Made by a program: the position numbers and the translations under genes. Under the pieces are notes generated by a model. The model was not told where the DNA came from, made no database searches, and saw only the letters and a list, made by a program, of their open reading frames with translations. From contig JALVVN010000024.1 in the NCBI GenBank assembly GCA_027023405.1, positions 551 through 64,550 of the forward strand: a stretch of DNA of 64,000 bases, in the 5' to 3' direction. The stretch comes from Campylobacterales bacterium. GTDB taxonomy: Bacteria; Campylobacterota; Campylobacteria; Campylobacterales; QNZT01. This document shows positions 50,515-58,488 of this stretch, piece after piece. How positions within the stretch are numbered: the stretch's first letter is position 1; the number at the start of each line of letters is the position of its first letter.

Positions 50515-51127
50515 GATCTTTAACCATTTTGGGTGTGAGTTCGTCGAGGCGGTTGGAGACGATCTGTTCGATGGATTGGATGAGATCGTTGCTGAGTGTG
50601 GAGTGGGTGAGATGGTGGTGGAGCTGGGTTTTGAAGGTTTCGGACTGGACGATGGAGGTGACGGCGGACTTGAGTTTTTGAGAGAAGGGCTCACGGAGCT
50701 TTTGGAGTGCCGTTTCACCCCCAAAAAGCTCTAACGCCGAACCAAATTGCGACTCCATCACGGTTTTGGAGAGGGCATCAAAAGCGGGAGAGAAGTCAGC
50801 CCCTTGTACGAGTGGAGCGAGGTCGATCTTGAGCTCCTCTTGATGGAAAAATCGATTGATCTGCTCTTTGGTGAAGAATTGATCCATCACCATTTTTTTG
50901 ATAGCTTTTTTAAACTCCTCAAAACGAAGCTCTATGATCCCCGAACCGTACAAAAACGGTACCTTTTCAAAGAGCATATGAATGGCGATCTCATTGGTGA
51001 TAGCACCCGACAGCGCAAAAAGACCGGTATAGAGTAACGGCTTGTGCCACGGATCAGGAAAGATCAATGAAAGAAGCACGATCAATAGTGCGATGAGATT
51101 TGTGAGAAAAGATTTTGAAATTTTCAT
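50417..51127 (-). CDS. membrane protein (DUF445-like), hypothetical
   Basis: 236 aa with N-terminal TM segments (LTNLIALLIVLLSLIF; LLYTGLFALSGAITNEIAIHMLF) and a C-terminal TM (LVVWGGVFGGLIGLLSAFVL). The family assignment is tentative. Confidence 0.55.
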   Translation of the reverse strand: MKISKSFLTNLIALLIVLLSLIFPDPWHKPLLYTGLFALSGAITNEIAIHMLFEKVPFLYGSGIIELRFEEFKKAIKKMVMDQFFTKEQINRFFHQEELKIDLAPLVQGADFSPAFDALSKTVMESQFGSALELFGGETALQKLREPFSQKLKSAVTSIVQSETFKTQLHHHLTHSTLSNDLIQSIEQIVSNRLDELTPKMVKDLMQDLMRKHLGWLVVWGGVFGGLIGLLSAFVL

Positions 51128-51226
51128 ACGACTATTTTACACACTTTTCGATTAACCTTTTTGCTACTTTGGTGGCGGAAGAGAGGATGCATATAGACTA
51201 TAATTTGCTAAAAAGTTTGAGGAGGT

Positions 51227-51715
51227 ATGATGATGAAACGACTATTATCTACATTGGCACTAGGAGCCCTTTTGGGTGCGGGTACTGTGTATGCGAAAGA
51301 GGAGCCCGTCAATCCGTTTGAGGAGATGCAAAAGATTCAGCAGGAGATGGACAAAATGTTTCAATCTCTTCAACAACGAATGATGCAGGATGATGCGTTT
51401 AAAAAATTTGATATGTCGCTATCTTCAAGTAAACCGGCGATGGACATCGAAGATCTAGGTAAGCAGTATCGAGTGAGATTGAACATCCCCGGTGTGGATT
51501 ATAAAAATATCAAGATCACTGTCAAAGATCGGGAGCTGATCGTCAAAGCTAAAACAGAGCAAGAGAAAAAAGAGGAGAAGGGAAATTTTGTCAAACAAGA
51601 GCGCTTCGTCGGTAGCTATGAGCGGGTGATCCCTCTCCCTAAAGATGCTGACGAGGATAAACTCAAAAGTACCTATAAGGATGGTGTGTTGGAAATATTA
51701 ATTGACAAAAAGTAA
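51227..51715 (+). CDS. Hsp20/alpha-crystallin family small heat-shock protein with an N-terminal Sec signal peptide
   Basis: 162 aa: MMMKRLLSTLALGALLGAGTVYA|KEEP followed by an alpha-crystallin domain (PAMDIEDLGKQYRVRLNIPGVDYKNIKITVKDRELIV...ERFVGSYERVIPLPKDADEDKLKSTYKDGVLEILI). Confidence 0.8.
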   Translation: MMMKRLLSTLALGALLGAGTVYAKEEPVNPFEEMQKIQQEMDKMFQSLQQRMMQDDAFKKFDMSLSSSKPAMDIEDLGKQYRVRLNIPGVDYKNIKITVKDRELIVKAKTEQEKKEEKGNFVKQERFVGSYERVIPLPKDADEDKLKSTYKDGVLEILIDKK

Positions 51716-51928
51716 ATGTGGGGTTGTGGCAATTTCTGTTTGTTGTGCAATGACCTTGTTCTGAATTTTGGGTGTGAGAATCGGTTGGATTGCTTCGCGT
51801 ATTGATTTTACGATATAGTAAGCGAGGAGTGGAGGGACGGTTGAAGGTTTATTTTCTGATGCGACAAGTGGCATCACAGATGCGAGTGCAGTAGTTTTAA
51901 GAAATGATCTTCTGGAAATTTCAGGCAT
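51698..51928 (-). CDS. small protein with a twin-arginine (Tat) signal-like N-terminus (hypothetical)
   Basis: Internal ATG at 51928 of the 105 aa track ORF gives 76 aa: MPEISRRSFLKTTALASVMPLVASENK... (the SRRSFLK motif plus a hydrophobic region). The longer form would overlap the thyX start. The 3' end overlaps the hsp20 stop region by 18 nt. Confidence 0.4.
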   Translation of the reverse strand: MPEISRRSFLKTTALASVMPLVASENKPSTVPPLLAYYIVKSIREAIQPILTPKIQNKVIAQQTEIATTPHLLFVN

Positions 51929-52026
51929 AACTTGCTCATTTTTGTGGTTCTTTATCTGCATTATAGCATAAAAGAAAAAGTTATTTTTTAGTACACTTGT
52001 CAAATAACCACACAAGGAGAAGCTGG

Positions 52027-52647
52027 ATGAAAGTCACCCTCAACCATTACACCCCGCTTGTCATCTGTTCAGATGCGATTCGTACCTGTTGGCAGAGTTT
52101 TGACAAGAGTGACAACGGCGGTGAGAAAGATCGGGAGTTGATTGATCGTGTCGGCAATAAATTTAAACACGCTTCCACACTCGAACACCTCCACTACTCC
52201 TTTTACATCGAGGGGATCAGCCGTGCTCTGCTACAAGAACTTGCGCGACATCGTATGGCTTCGCTTTCAGTTAAAAGTACGCGATATACACTCAAGGAGC
52301 TAAAAGGTGAAGAGCCGTTTACGCTCGAAGATCAGGAACGCGCCCAAAAATATCTTGTCTTTACGGGGGTCGATCTTGTCGATGGAATGAGTATCCAAGC
52401 TTTGGAAAATCTCCGCAAAGTACTCAAAGAAGGCATTCCCAATGACAAAGCCAAATATTGTCTTCCCGAATCTTACAAAACAGAACTTACTTGGACTATC
52501 AACGCCCGAAGTCTGCAAAACTTTCTAAGCTTGCGAAGCGATAAGGCGGCGTTGTGGGAGATCAGAGAGTTAGCGTGGGCGATTTATGAGGCGTTACCAG
52601 AGGATCATCGCTATCTTTTTGAGGATTTTATGAAAGAGAGGAGTTAA
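52027..52647 (+). CDS. thyX: flavin-dependent thymidylate synthase ThyX
   Basis: The ThyX motif RHRMASLSVKSTRY, plus a close resemblance to short Helicobacter-type ThyX from MKVTLNHYTPL onward. ATG 52027 lies 9 nt after AAGGAG (52012-52017). Confidence 0.93.
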   Translation: MKVTLNHYTPLVICSDAIRTCWQSFDKSDNGGEKDRELIDRVGNKFKHASTLEHLHYSFYIEGISRALLQELARHRMASLSVKSTRYTLKELKGEEPFTLEDQERAQKYLVFTGVDLVDGMSIQALENLRKVLKEGIPNDKAKYCLPESYKTELTWTINARSLQNFLSLRSDKAALWEIRELAWAIYEALPEDHRYLFEDFMKERS

Positions 52648-52683
52648 AGGATGGATCGTAGTTATTCCCGCTGCGCCCCTATT

Positions 52684-52730
52684 TAATCTCCTTTTTGCTA
52701 AAATCTCTTAAAACTTTTTAAAGGAGATTA
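52684..52730 (+). promoter_or_regulatory. 11 bp perfect hairpin sequestering the Shine-Dalgarno of the DUF2892-like/purM operon
   Basis: TAATCTCCTTT at 52684-52694 pairs with AAAGGAGATTA at 52720-52730, with a 25 nt loop. The 3' arm contains the AAGGAG just before ATG 52732. Confidence 0.4.
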
Positions 52731-52731
52731 T

Positions 52732-52971
52732 ATGTGTGCAGCAAGAATGCAGCGTATTTTGACAGCGTTGATGCTGGGGATTATCCTCTATTTCTTTTCT
52801 ATGGGTGTAGCGGATTTCCGCTCTGGGGCGGAGAGTAGTTTTCATTTTCAGGTTGCGGTAGCGCTTCAGGCGTTTGTGATTGTGATGATGCTGATTTGGG
52901 CGTTTACCAATTTTTGCCCCTCTACTTGGATGATGAAGAAGATTTTTCCTCCTTGTGACTGGGAGAAGTAA
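52732..52971 (+). CDS. small membrane protein, DUF2892 (YgaP C-terminal)-like
   Basis: 79 aa with two TM segments and a conserved-looking FTNFCPSTWMMKKIF (CP motif). The stop overlaps the purM start (TAATG). Confidence 0.55.
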   Translation: MCAARMQRILTALMLGIILYFFSMGVADFRSGAESSFHFQVAVALQAFVIVMMLIWAFTNFCPSTWMMKKIFPPCDWEK

Positions 52972-53966
52972 TGGGCAAACTCAGCTACAAAGAGGCGGGT
53001 GTCGATATCGATGCGGGGAACCGCTTTGTCGAGACGATTAAGCCCTTTGTCAAATCTACTTTTGATAAAAATGTCATCGGAGGTATCGGATCTTTTGCCG
53101 GTGCGTATGAACTCCCTTCGGGCTACAAAGAGCCGGTGATCTTAGCGGCGACAGACGGTGTGGGCACAAAGCTCAAGCTGGCGATCGATGCGAAGCGATT
53201 TGATACGGTAGGGATCGATTTAGTCGCGATGTGCGTCAATGATCTCATCTGCAATTTCGGAACGCCTGCTTTTTTTCTCGACTACTATGCGACGGCAAAG
53301 CTGGAGACTAATGAGGCGAGTGCTGTCGTCAAAGGGATCGCCGAAGGGTGCAAAGAGAGTGAGTGCGCGCTGATTGGTGGCGAGACGGCGGAGATGCCGA
53401 GTATGTATCAAGAGGGGGATTTTGATCTTGCCGGTTTTGCGGTAGGGATCGCTGAAAAGAGTGAGATGAACCGCATCGATCGTGTCAAGGCAGGTGATCT
53501 GCTTGTGGCGCTTCCTAGTTCAGGAATCCACTCCAACGGCTATTCGTTGGCAAGAAAACTCTTTTTTGAAAAGCTCAATATGTCCTTTGATACACAGATC
53601 GAAGGGGAGCACTTGATCGATATTTTGCTCAAGCCTACTCGTATCTATGTGAAGACCTTTAAAGCACTCAAAAATCAGATCAATGCACTAGCCCATATTA
53701 CCGGTGGCGGAATTGTCGAAAATCTTCCGAGAGTCCTTCCTCAAACACTCAATGCCAAGATCGAAAAAGAGAAGATCCGTGTACTTGATATCTTCAAATA
53801 TATGTCGCACCATGTAGAAGAGGGTGAGATGTATCGTACTTTCAATATGGGTGTAGGAATGATCTTGGTCGTGAGCCCGGAAAATGTTGATACGGTTTTG
53901 GATCAGAGCGACGGTTATGTGATCGGTAGCCTTGAAGAGGGCGAAGGAAGGGTCCAACTTATATAA
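52971..53966 (+). CDS. purM: phosphoribosylformylglycinamidine cyclo-ligase (AIR synthetase)
   Basis: 331 aa: SYKEAGVDIDAGN, GIGSFAG, ATDGVGTKLKLA, VNDLI, GGETAEMP, HITGGG. Confidence 0.96.
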   Translation: MGKLSYKEAGVDIDAGNRFVETIKPFVKSTFDKNVIGGIGSFAGAYELPSGYKEPVILAATDGVGTKLKLAIDAKRFDTVGIDLVAMCVNDLICNFGTPAFFLDYYATAKLETNEASAVVKGIAEGCKESECALIGGETAEMPSMYQEGDFDLAGFAVGIAEKSEMNRIDRVKAGDLLVALPSSGIHSNGYSLARKLFFEKLNMSFDTQIEGEHLIDILLKPTRIYVKTFKALKNQINALAHITGGGIVENLPRVLPQTLNAKIEKEKIRVLDIFKYMSHHVEEGEMYRTFNMGVGMILVVSPENVDTVLDQSDGYVIGSLEEGEGRVQLI

Positions 53967-54043
53967 CTCTGATGTCTAAGATTTAAAGTTTTATATTAAA
54001 CTGACGATATATACCCAATACTTAAATATTGGGGTAGATCGTA

Positions 54044-56119
54044 ATGAATCATCAAGAACATTTAGGACAAATGATAGAGGAGGTAGCGGGTATTGCTATC
54101 TTTTCTGTTGATAGCACTGGAAAAATATTAGAATGGAATAGAGCGTGTGAATCGCTCTTTGGTTATACAAAAGAGGAGAGTCTCGGGCAATTGTTCCATG
54201 AGTTGATCGCTCCACAACATCAAAAAGAGTCTTTTGAAAAAGATATACAATCCAACATCTCCTATACATCACAAGAGCTCGAGTTTAGCCGTAAAGACGG
54301 TTCACTATTTTATGCTTTGACAAATTCCACATTTGTGGGTGAACGATGCTACTTCATGATTTTTGAAATGGGTACGAACTCTCCCAAACATTCTATTCGG
54401 AAGCTCGTTGATCCAGAACAGATTAGTGAAGAGAAGCTCATTGTTCTATCTTTTGACAAAGCGTACCATATTACCTCATTCAATACATTTGCACGCCAAT
54501 CAATGGGTTACAGTGAACGAGAAGTTCTCGGTAAAAATTTTCTCGAACTTTTAGTACCTGAGAGTTTTCGGGAGAAGATCAAGTGGGAAGTAAGTAAAAT
54601 CTCCAAAGATCGTCGAAGCCAAAGCCGACTGCACTTCCCGATCTTGACAAAAAGTGGTCAAAAGAGAGTCATCCGGTGGGAAAAGGTTGTGCAGAGCAAA
54701 CAGGGTGAAGATATCTCCTATCATCTGATTGGCGTAAGTGATAGTGAAAATCAAGAGAAGTTGAACTTCATGGAAAACTATGATGATCTGACCAATCTCC
54801 CAAATCAACATTTGGTGTATCGACGCATCGATGAGGCGATGGGAAGAGCTGTCAGACTTAAACAAAATCTGGCTGTTATTTTTCTTGATATCCAAAATTT
54901 CAAATCTATCAACCACATCTTTGGATTTCACTTTGGTAATGAGATCCTGAAGATGGTGGCAAACCGTCTCTCCTCCAGTTTGAGAGATTATGATACGGTG
55001 GCGCGCTTTTCAGGTGATGAGTTTGTACTTTTCTTTGAAAATATTCAAAATGATAATGATGCAAAACTATTGGCAAAACGGATCGAGGGACTCTTTGAAA
55101 AGCCGTTTGAGTTAGAGGGAAATGAGATTGAATTAGAGATTGTGCAAGGGTTAGCACTCTTTCCAAGTGACGGTAACAGTGCCATAGAGTTGGTAAAAAA
55201 TGCCAATTTAGCGATGGATTTTGCCAAGAAACAACAGAAAAGTTGTCAGATATATTCCCCAATCATCAGTGATGAATTAACCAATAAGGCGATTTTGGAG
55301 AGAAGTCTCAAACAGGCAATTGAAAGAGGAGAGTTTTTTGTGAAGTATCAGCCTCAGGTTGATACGAAAACGCAGAAGATTATCGGTGCTGAAGCGTTGA
55401 TTCGTTGGGAACATCCGCAACTTCAACTCATACCGCCACTGGATTTTATTCCTCTGGCAGAGGATACCGGACTAATTCACAAGATTGGTAAGTTTGTACT
55501 CAAAGAGGCAATCACACAGGCGAAGCAGTGGCATGATGCCGGATATAAAGAGTTTAAAATATCTGTCAATCTTTCTGCTGTACAACTCTTGCAAAGCAAT
55601 ATTTTGGAGAGTGTATATGCGATTTTGGATGAGGTGGGATTTGATGCTTCATATCTTGAGATGGAGATCACAGAGTCTGCTTTGATGCAAAATATCGATA
55701 GAGTGGCAAAAGTGATGCAACAACTCAAAGAGCGCGGTGTGAAGTTTGCCATCGATGATTTCGGTACCGGGTATTCCTCTTTTAATTATCTCAACAAATT
55801 ACCTTTAGATGCAATCAAAATCGATAAATCATTTATTGATCATATTGCGCTCAAAAAGAGCGATCTCGTCATTGTGAATGCTATTGTATCGATGGGGCAT
55901 AGCTTGGGATTGAATCTTATTGCAGAAGGTGTAGAGAAAGAGGAGCAATATGCAAAACTACAAGAGATTGAGTGTGATGTGATTCAAGGATACTACTTTT
56001 CTAAACCGGTAGATCCGGATAAAATGTTGCAACTTCTTCAAGAGGGTATTGCGAAGATAGAAGAGAATAGAGCCTTAGATTATGAGATGGTAACAGACTT
56101 AAAAGAGTATAAACGATAA
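54044..56119 (+). CDS. PAS-PAS-GGDEF-EAL cyclic-di-GMP signalling protein
   Basis: 691 aa: two PAS-like segments, a GGDEF domain with an RDYD I-site-like motif 5 aa upstream of SGDEF, and an EAL domain (EALIRW, DDFGTGYSS, KIDKSF, EGVE...QGYYFSKP). Confidence 0.88.
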   Translation: MNHQEHLGQMIEEVAGIAIFSVDSTGKILEWNRACESLFGYTKEESLGQLFHELIAPQHQKESFEKDIQSNISYTSQELEFSRKDGSLFYALTNSTFVGERCYFMIFEMGTNSPKHSIRKLVDPEQISEEKLIVLSFDKAYHITSFNTFARQSMGYSEREVLGKNFLELLVPESFREKIKWEVSKISKDRRSQSRLHFPILTKSGQKRVIRWEKVVQSKQGEDISYHLIGVSDSENQEKLNFMENYDDLTNLPNQHLVYRRIDEAMGRAVRLKQNLAVIFLDIQNFKSINHIFGFHFGNEILKMVANRLSSSLRDYDTVARFSGDEFVLFFENIQNDNDAKLLAKRIEGLFEKPFELEGNEIELEIVQGLALFPSDGNSAIELVKNANLAMDFAKKQQKSCQIYSPIISDELTNKAILERSLKQAIERGEFFVKYQPQVDTKTQKIIGAEALIRWEHPQLQLIPPLDFIPLAEDTGLIHKIGKFVLKEAITQAKQWHDAGYKEFKISVNLSAVQLLQSNILESVYAILDEVGFDASYLEMEITESALMQNIDRVAKVMQQLKERGVKFAIDDFGTGYSSFNYLNKLPLDAIKIDKSFIDHIALKKSDLVIVNAIVSMGHSLGLNLIAEGVEKEEQYAKLQEIECDVIQGYYFSKPVDPDKMLQLLQEGIAKIEENRALDYEMVTDLKEYKR

Positions 56120-56175
56120 AAGATGAGCGTCTAGGGTTTTTAGAGGTGCCCCAGATGTAAATATTCATTAATATC

Positions 56176-56204
56176 TTGACTTTTTTCGTCAAAGATATTA
56201 TAAT
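56176..56204 (+). promoter_or_regulatory. consensus sigma70-type promoter (TTGACT-17 nt-TATAAT)
   Basis: TTGACT at 56176-56181, a 17 nt spacer, and TATAAT at 56199-56204. AAGGAG follows at 56218-56223 and GTG at 56230. Confidence 0.55.
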
Positions 56205-56229
56205 CACATCTGTTTTAAAGGAGTCATGC

Positions 56230-56883
56230 GTGGTTATAGGGATTTTGAGGGGTAGGAATCAAGATTTTTCCATTTTAGATCAACAGTCCTATCTGCTCTC
56301 TTATGCGCAAGAGAGGGGCTTAGCTATCGATATGACAGAACTTGACAACTCCCCTTATAATACAGACTTAGAGGAGAGATATCTTTTCCTCGATCTCTTG
56401 AGAACTCTTCATTCCAAAGATGTGATTCTTGTCTATTCAATCGATGTCTTGAGTAAAAAAGTAGGTGAATTGGTGAAGATTTTTGATTGTGTACTTAAAC
56501 ACGATATATCACTTCATCTCTGTTCGGAGAAGATTGTGATCAACAGTTCGTTGAATGCTTCATTTTTGTTTGACCTACTCTCAAGGATTCGTGAGGACAA
56601 CAGAAAGCATCCGATGAAATCGAGGGGTAGACCCAAAGGAAGTTTTTCCAAATCAAAGTTTGATCCCTATAAACAAGAGATTATGACAAAACTGGAGCAA
56701 AATATTTCAGTCAGTCAAATCGCTAAAGATCTAGGTGTCTCTCGAAGTTCGCTCAAAGATTATATCAACTCTCGATCTCTGAAAGAGATGGTAAATCTTC
56801 AGGATACGACAGAGGGAACATTGGTTATTGACAATGAGAGTATAACCAGCTCTTCAAAAACCTGTCCTTTGACAGGAGATTAA
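56230..56883 (+). CDS. serine-recombinase (resolvase/invertase)-like protein lacking the catalytic Ser, with a C-terminal HTH
   Basis: I prefer GTG 56230, which is 6 nt after AAGGAG; the track's TTG 56176 is the -35 hexamer. The N-terminal fold resembles resolvase (VIGILRGRNQ...DVILVYSIDVLSKKVGELVKIFD...ISLHL), but YARVS(S/T) is replaced by ILRGRN and DRLGR by DVLSK. C-terminal HTH: ISVSQIAKDLGVSRSSLKDYI. Confidence 0.6.
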   Translation: MVIGILRGRNQDFSILDQQSYLLSYAQERGLAIDMTELDNSPYNTDLEERYLFLDLLRTLHSKDVILVYSIDVLSKKVGELVKIFDCVLKHDISLHLCSEKIVINSSLNASFLFDLLSRIREDNRKHPMKSRGRPKGSFSKSKFDPYKQEIMTKLEQNISVSQIAKDLGVSRSSLKDYINSRSLKEMVNLQDTTEGTLVIDNESITSSSKTCPLTGD

Positions 56884-56909
56884 TTTAAATTACAAAAAAG
56901 GAAAAGATA

Positions 56910-58358
56910 ATGGCAGAAGCAACAACACAGACAAAAGTCAAAGCCTCGAAGCAGAGGATGAAGGAGTATCTTAAAGGATGGGTTCCCTATCGTTACAAAC
57001 GGTATGTCTTTTTTGTATTGGCAACGGTAGTAGCGTTGGTATTGCCTTTTATAACTATTCATGGTAATCACTTCTTTTTGCTCAATTTTGATCACAAGCA
57101 AATTCATCTCTTTTTTACCAAGTTTGATATGCAAGAGCTCTATATGATGCCTTTTTTGCTAATCTTTGGTTTTTTGGGTGTATTTTTTCTCACGACACTT
57201 GGCGGTCGTGTATGGTGCGGATGGGCATGTCCTCAAACGATCTTTCGTGTTATCTATCGTGATCTGATTCAGACCAAGTTGTTACATATCCGCAAAAGGA
57301 TTACTAATAAACAGCAGGAGGTAACAGGTCAATATCCAAAACGAATTATCGGTGGTTTGATTTGGACTATACTTGCTATTATTGCGGCAATCAACTTTGT
57401 TTGGTATTTTGTGCCACCTGAAGATTTTTTTCAATATATTAAACATCCTAGTGAGCATGGTGTGATGATGGGTACAATTGCTATTCTTGCAGGTTTTTTA
57501 ATCTATGATGTTATCAAACTCAAAGAGGATTTTTGTATCTATGTCTGCCCTTATGCGAGAGTACAGTCGGTTATGTATGATGAAGAGACGATCCAAACCA
57601 TCTATGATACAGAGAGGGGTGGACATATCTACAGTGATGATCAAGAGAGAAAATTGGTCAAGAATGAAAAAGAGCTTTTGAGTGTCGAACCTGATGCAGA
57701 GTGTACCTACTGTGATAGTTGTGTGAGAGTTTGTCCGACACATATAGATATCAAGCGAGGAACACAACTAGAGTGTATCAACTGTCTTGAGTGTGCGGAT
57801 GCCTGTACGCAGGTGATGGGAGCGCTTGGCAAACCGTCGCTCATTACTTGGACCAGTTACAGTGCGGTTAAAGAGCATCGTAAACCAAAATATCTTCGTT
57901 TTAGAACGATCGCTTATGGAATTGCACTTGCTGCTGCATTGGCAGGGCTCTTTATTGCAAGTAGTAAAAAAGAGTATATGCTTTTGAATATCAACAAAAC
58001 GACGCAGCTCTACAAGATCAAAGATCACGGAAAAATGGTACAAAATGCCTATACCTTCCTTGTTCAAAATACTGAACGAGAAGATCATAAATACTTCTTT
58101 GAAGTTGTAGGACATCCGGAGATCAAAATTTTGAGACCAAAAGAGCCGTTCAAAGTCAAGGCGGGAGCGAAAATCAAGAAAGTTGTTATTTTAGGAACAG
58201 ATAAAGTCCTCTCAAAAGATTCGAGTAAAGATAAGGTGATACCAATCACCATTAAAGCATATGCAGTGGATAACAAAAAGAAGATTGTCGTCACTCGACC
58301 GACAACATTTGTATTCCCACGATATGATGTTCTCCAAAAAGAGCGTCAGAAGCAGTAA
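56910..58358 (+). CDS. ccoG: cytochrome c oxidase (cbb3) accessory protein CcoG/FixG
   Basis: 482 aa: GGRVWCGWACPQT, CIYVCPYARVQS, and ferredoxin motifs CTYCDSCVRVCP and CINCLECADAC. Confidence 0.9.
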   Translation: MAEATTQTKVKASKQRMKEYLKGWVPYRYKRYVFFVLATVVALVLPFITIHGNHFFLLNFDHKQIHLFFTKFDMQELYMMPFLLIFGFLGVFFLTTLGGRVWCGWACPQTIFRVIYRDLIQTKLLHIRKRITNKQQEVTGQYPKRIIGGLIWTILAIIAAINFVWYFVPPEDFFQYIKHPSEHGVMMGTIAILAGFLIYDVIKLKEDFCIYVCPYARVQSVMYDEETIQTIYDTERGGHIYSDDQERKLVKNEKELLSVEPDAECTYCDSCVRVCPTHIDIKRGTQLECINCLECADACTQVMGALGKPSLITWTSYSAVKEHRKPKYLRFRTIAYGIALAAALAGLFIASSKKEYMLLNINKTTQLYKIKDHGKMVQNAYTFLVQNTEREDHKYFFEVVGHPEIKILRPKEPFKVKAGAKIKKVVILGTDKVLSKDSSKDKVIPITIKAYAVDNKKKIVVTRPTTFVFPRYDVLQKERQKQ

Positions 58359-58488
58359 TGCTTCGACCTCGATGAGGAGGTTAAAAACTTAAAAACATTC
58401 ATAAACTCTTGGATAAAAAAACAGCAGACTTTAAAAAAGTCCACTGCCATATAGGGGAGGGGAGTTGAATTATAACATAAAAATATTT

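Noticed and set aside
50417-50734. Cluster of overlapping ORFs in four frames (50489..50734 +, 50493..50681 +, 50500..50724 -), considered as overlapping genes.
   Set aside because: The locally GC-rich, stop-poor sequence lies inside the DUF445-like gene. The extra frames give repetitive S/P/G-rich or otherwise non-protein-like products. Only the argJ read-through is reported.
56226-56255. ATG at 56226 following AAGGAG, considered as the start of the recombinase-like gene.
   Set aside because: It is out of frame with the long ORF and terminates after 9 codons. The in-frame GTG at 56230 is the better-supported start.
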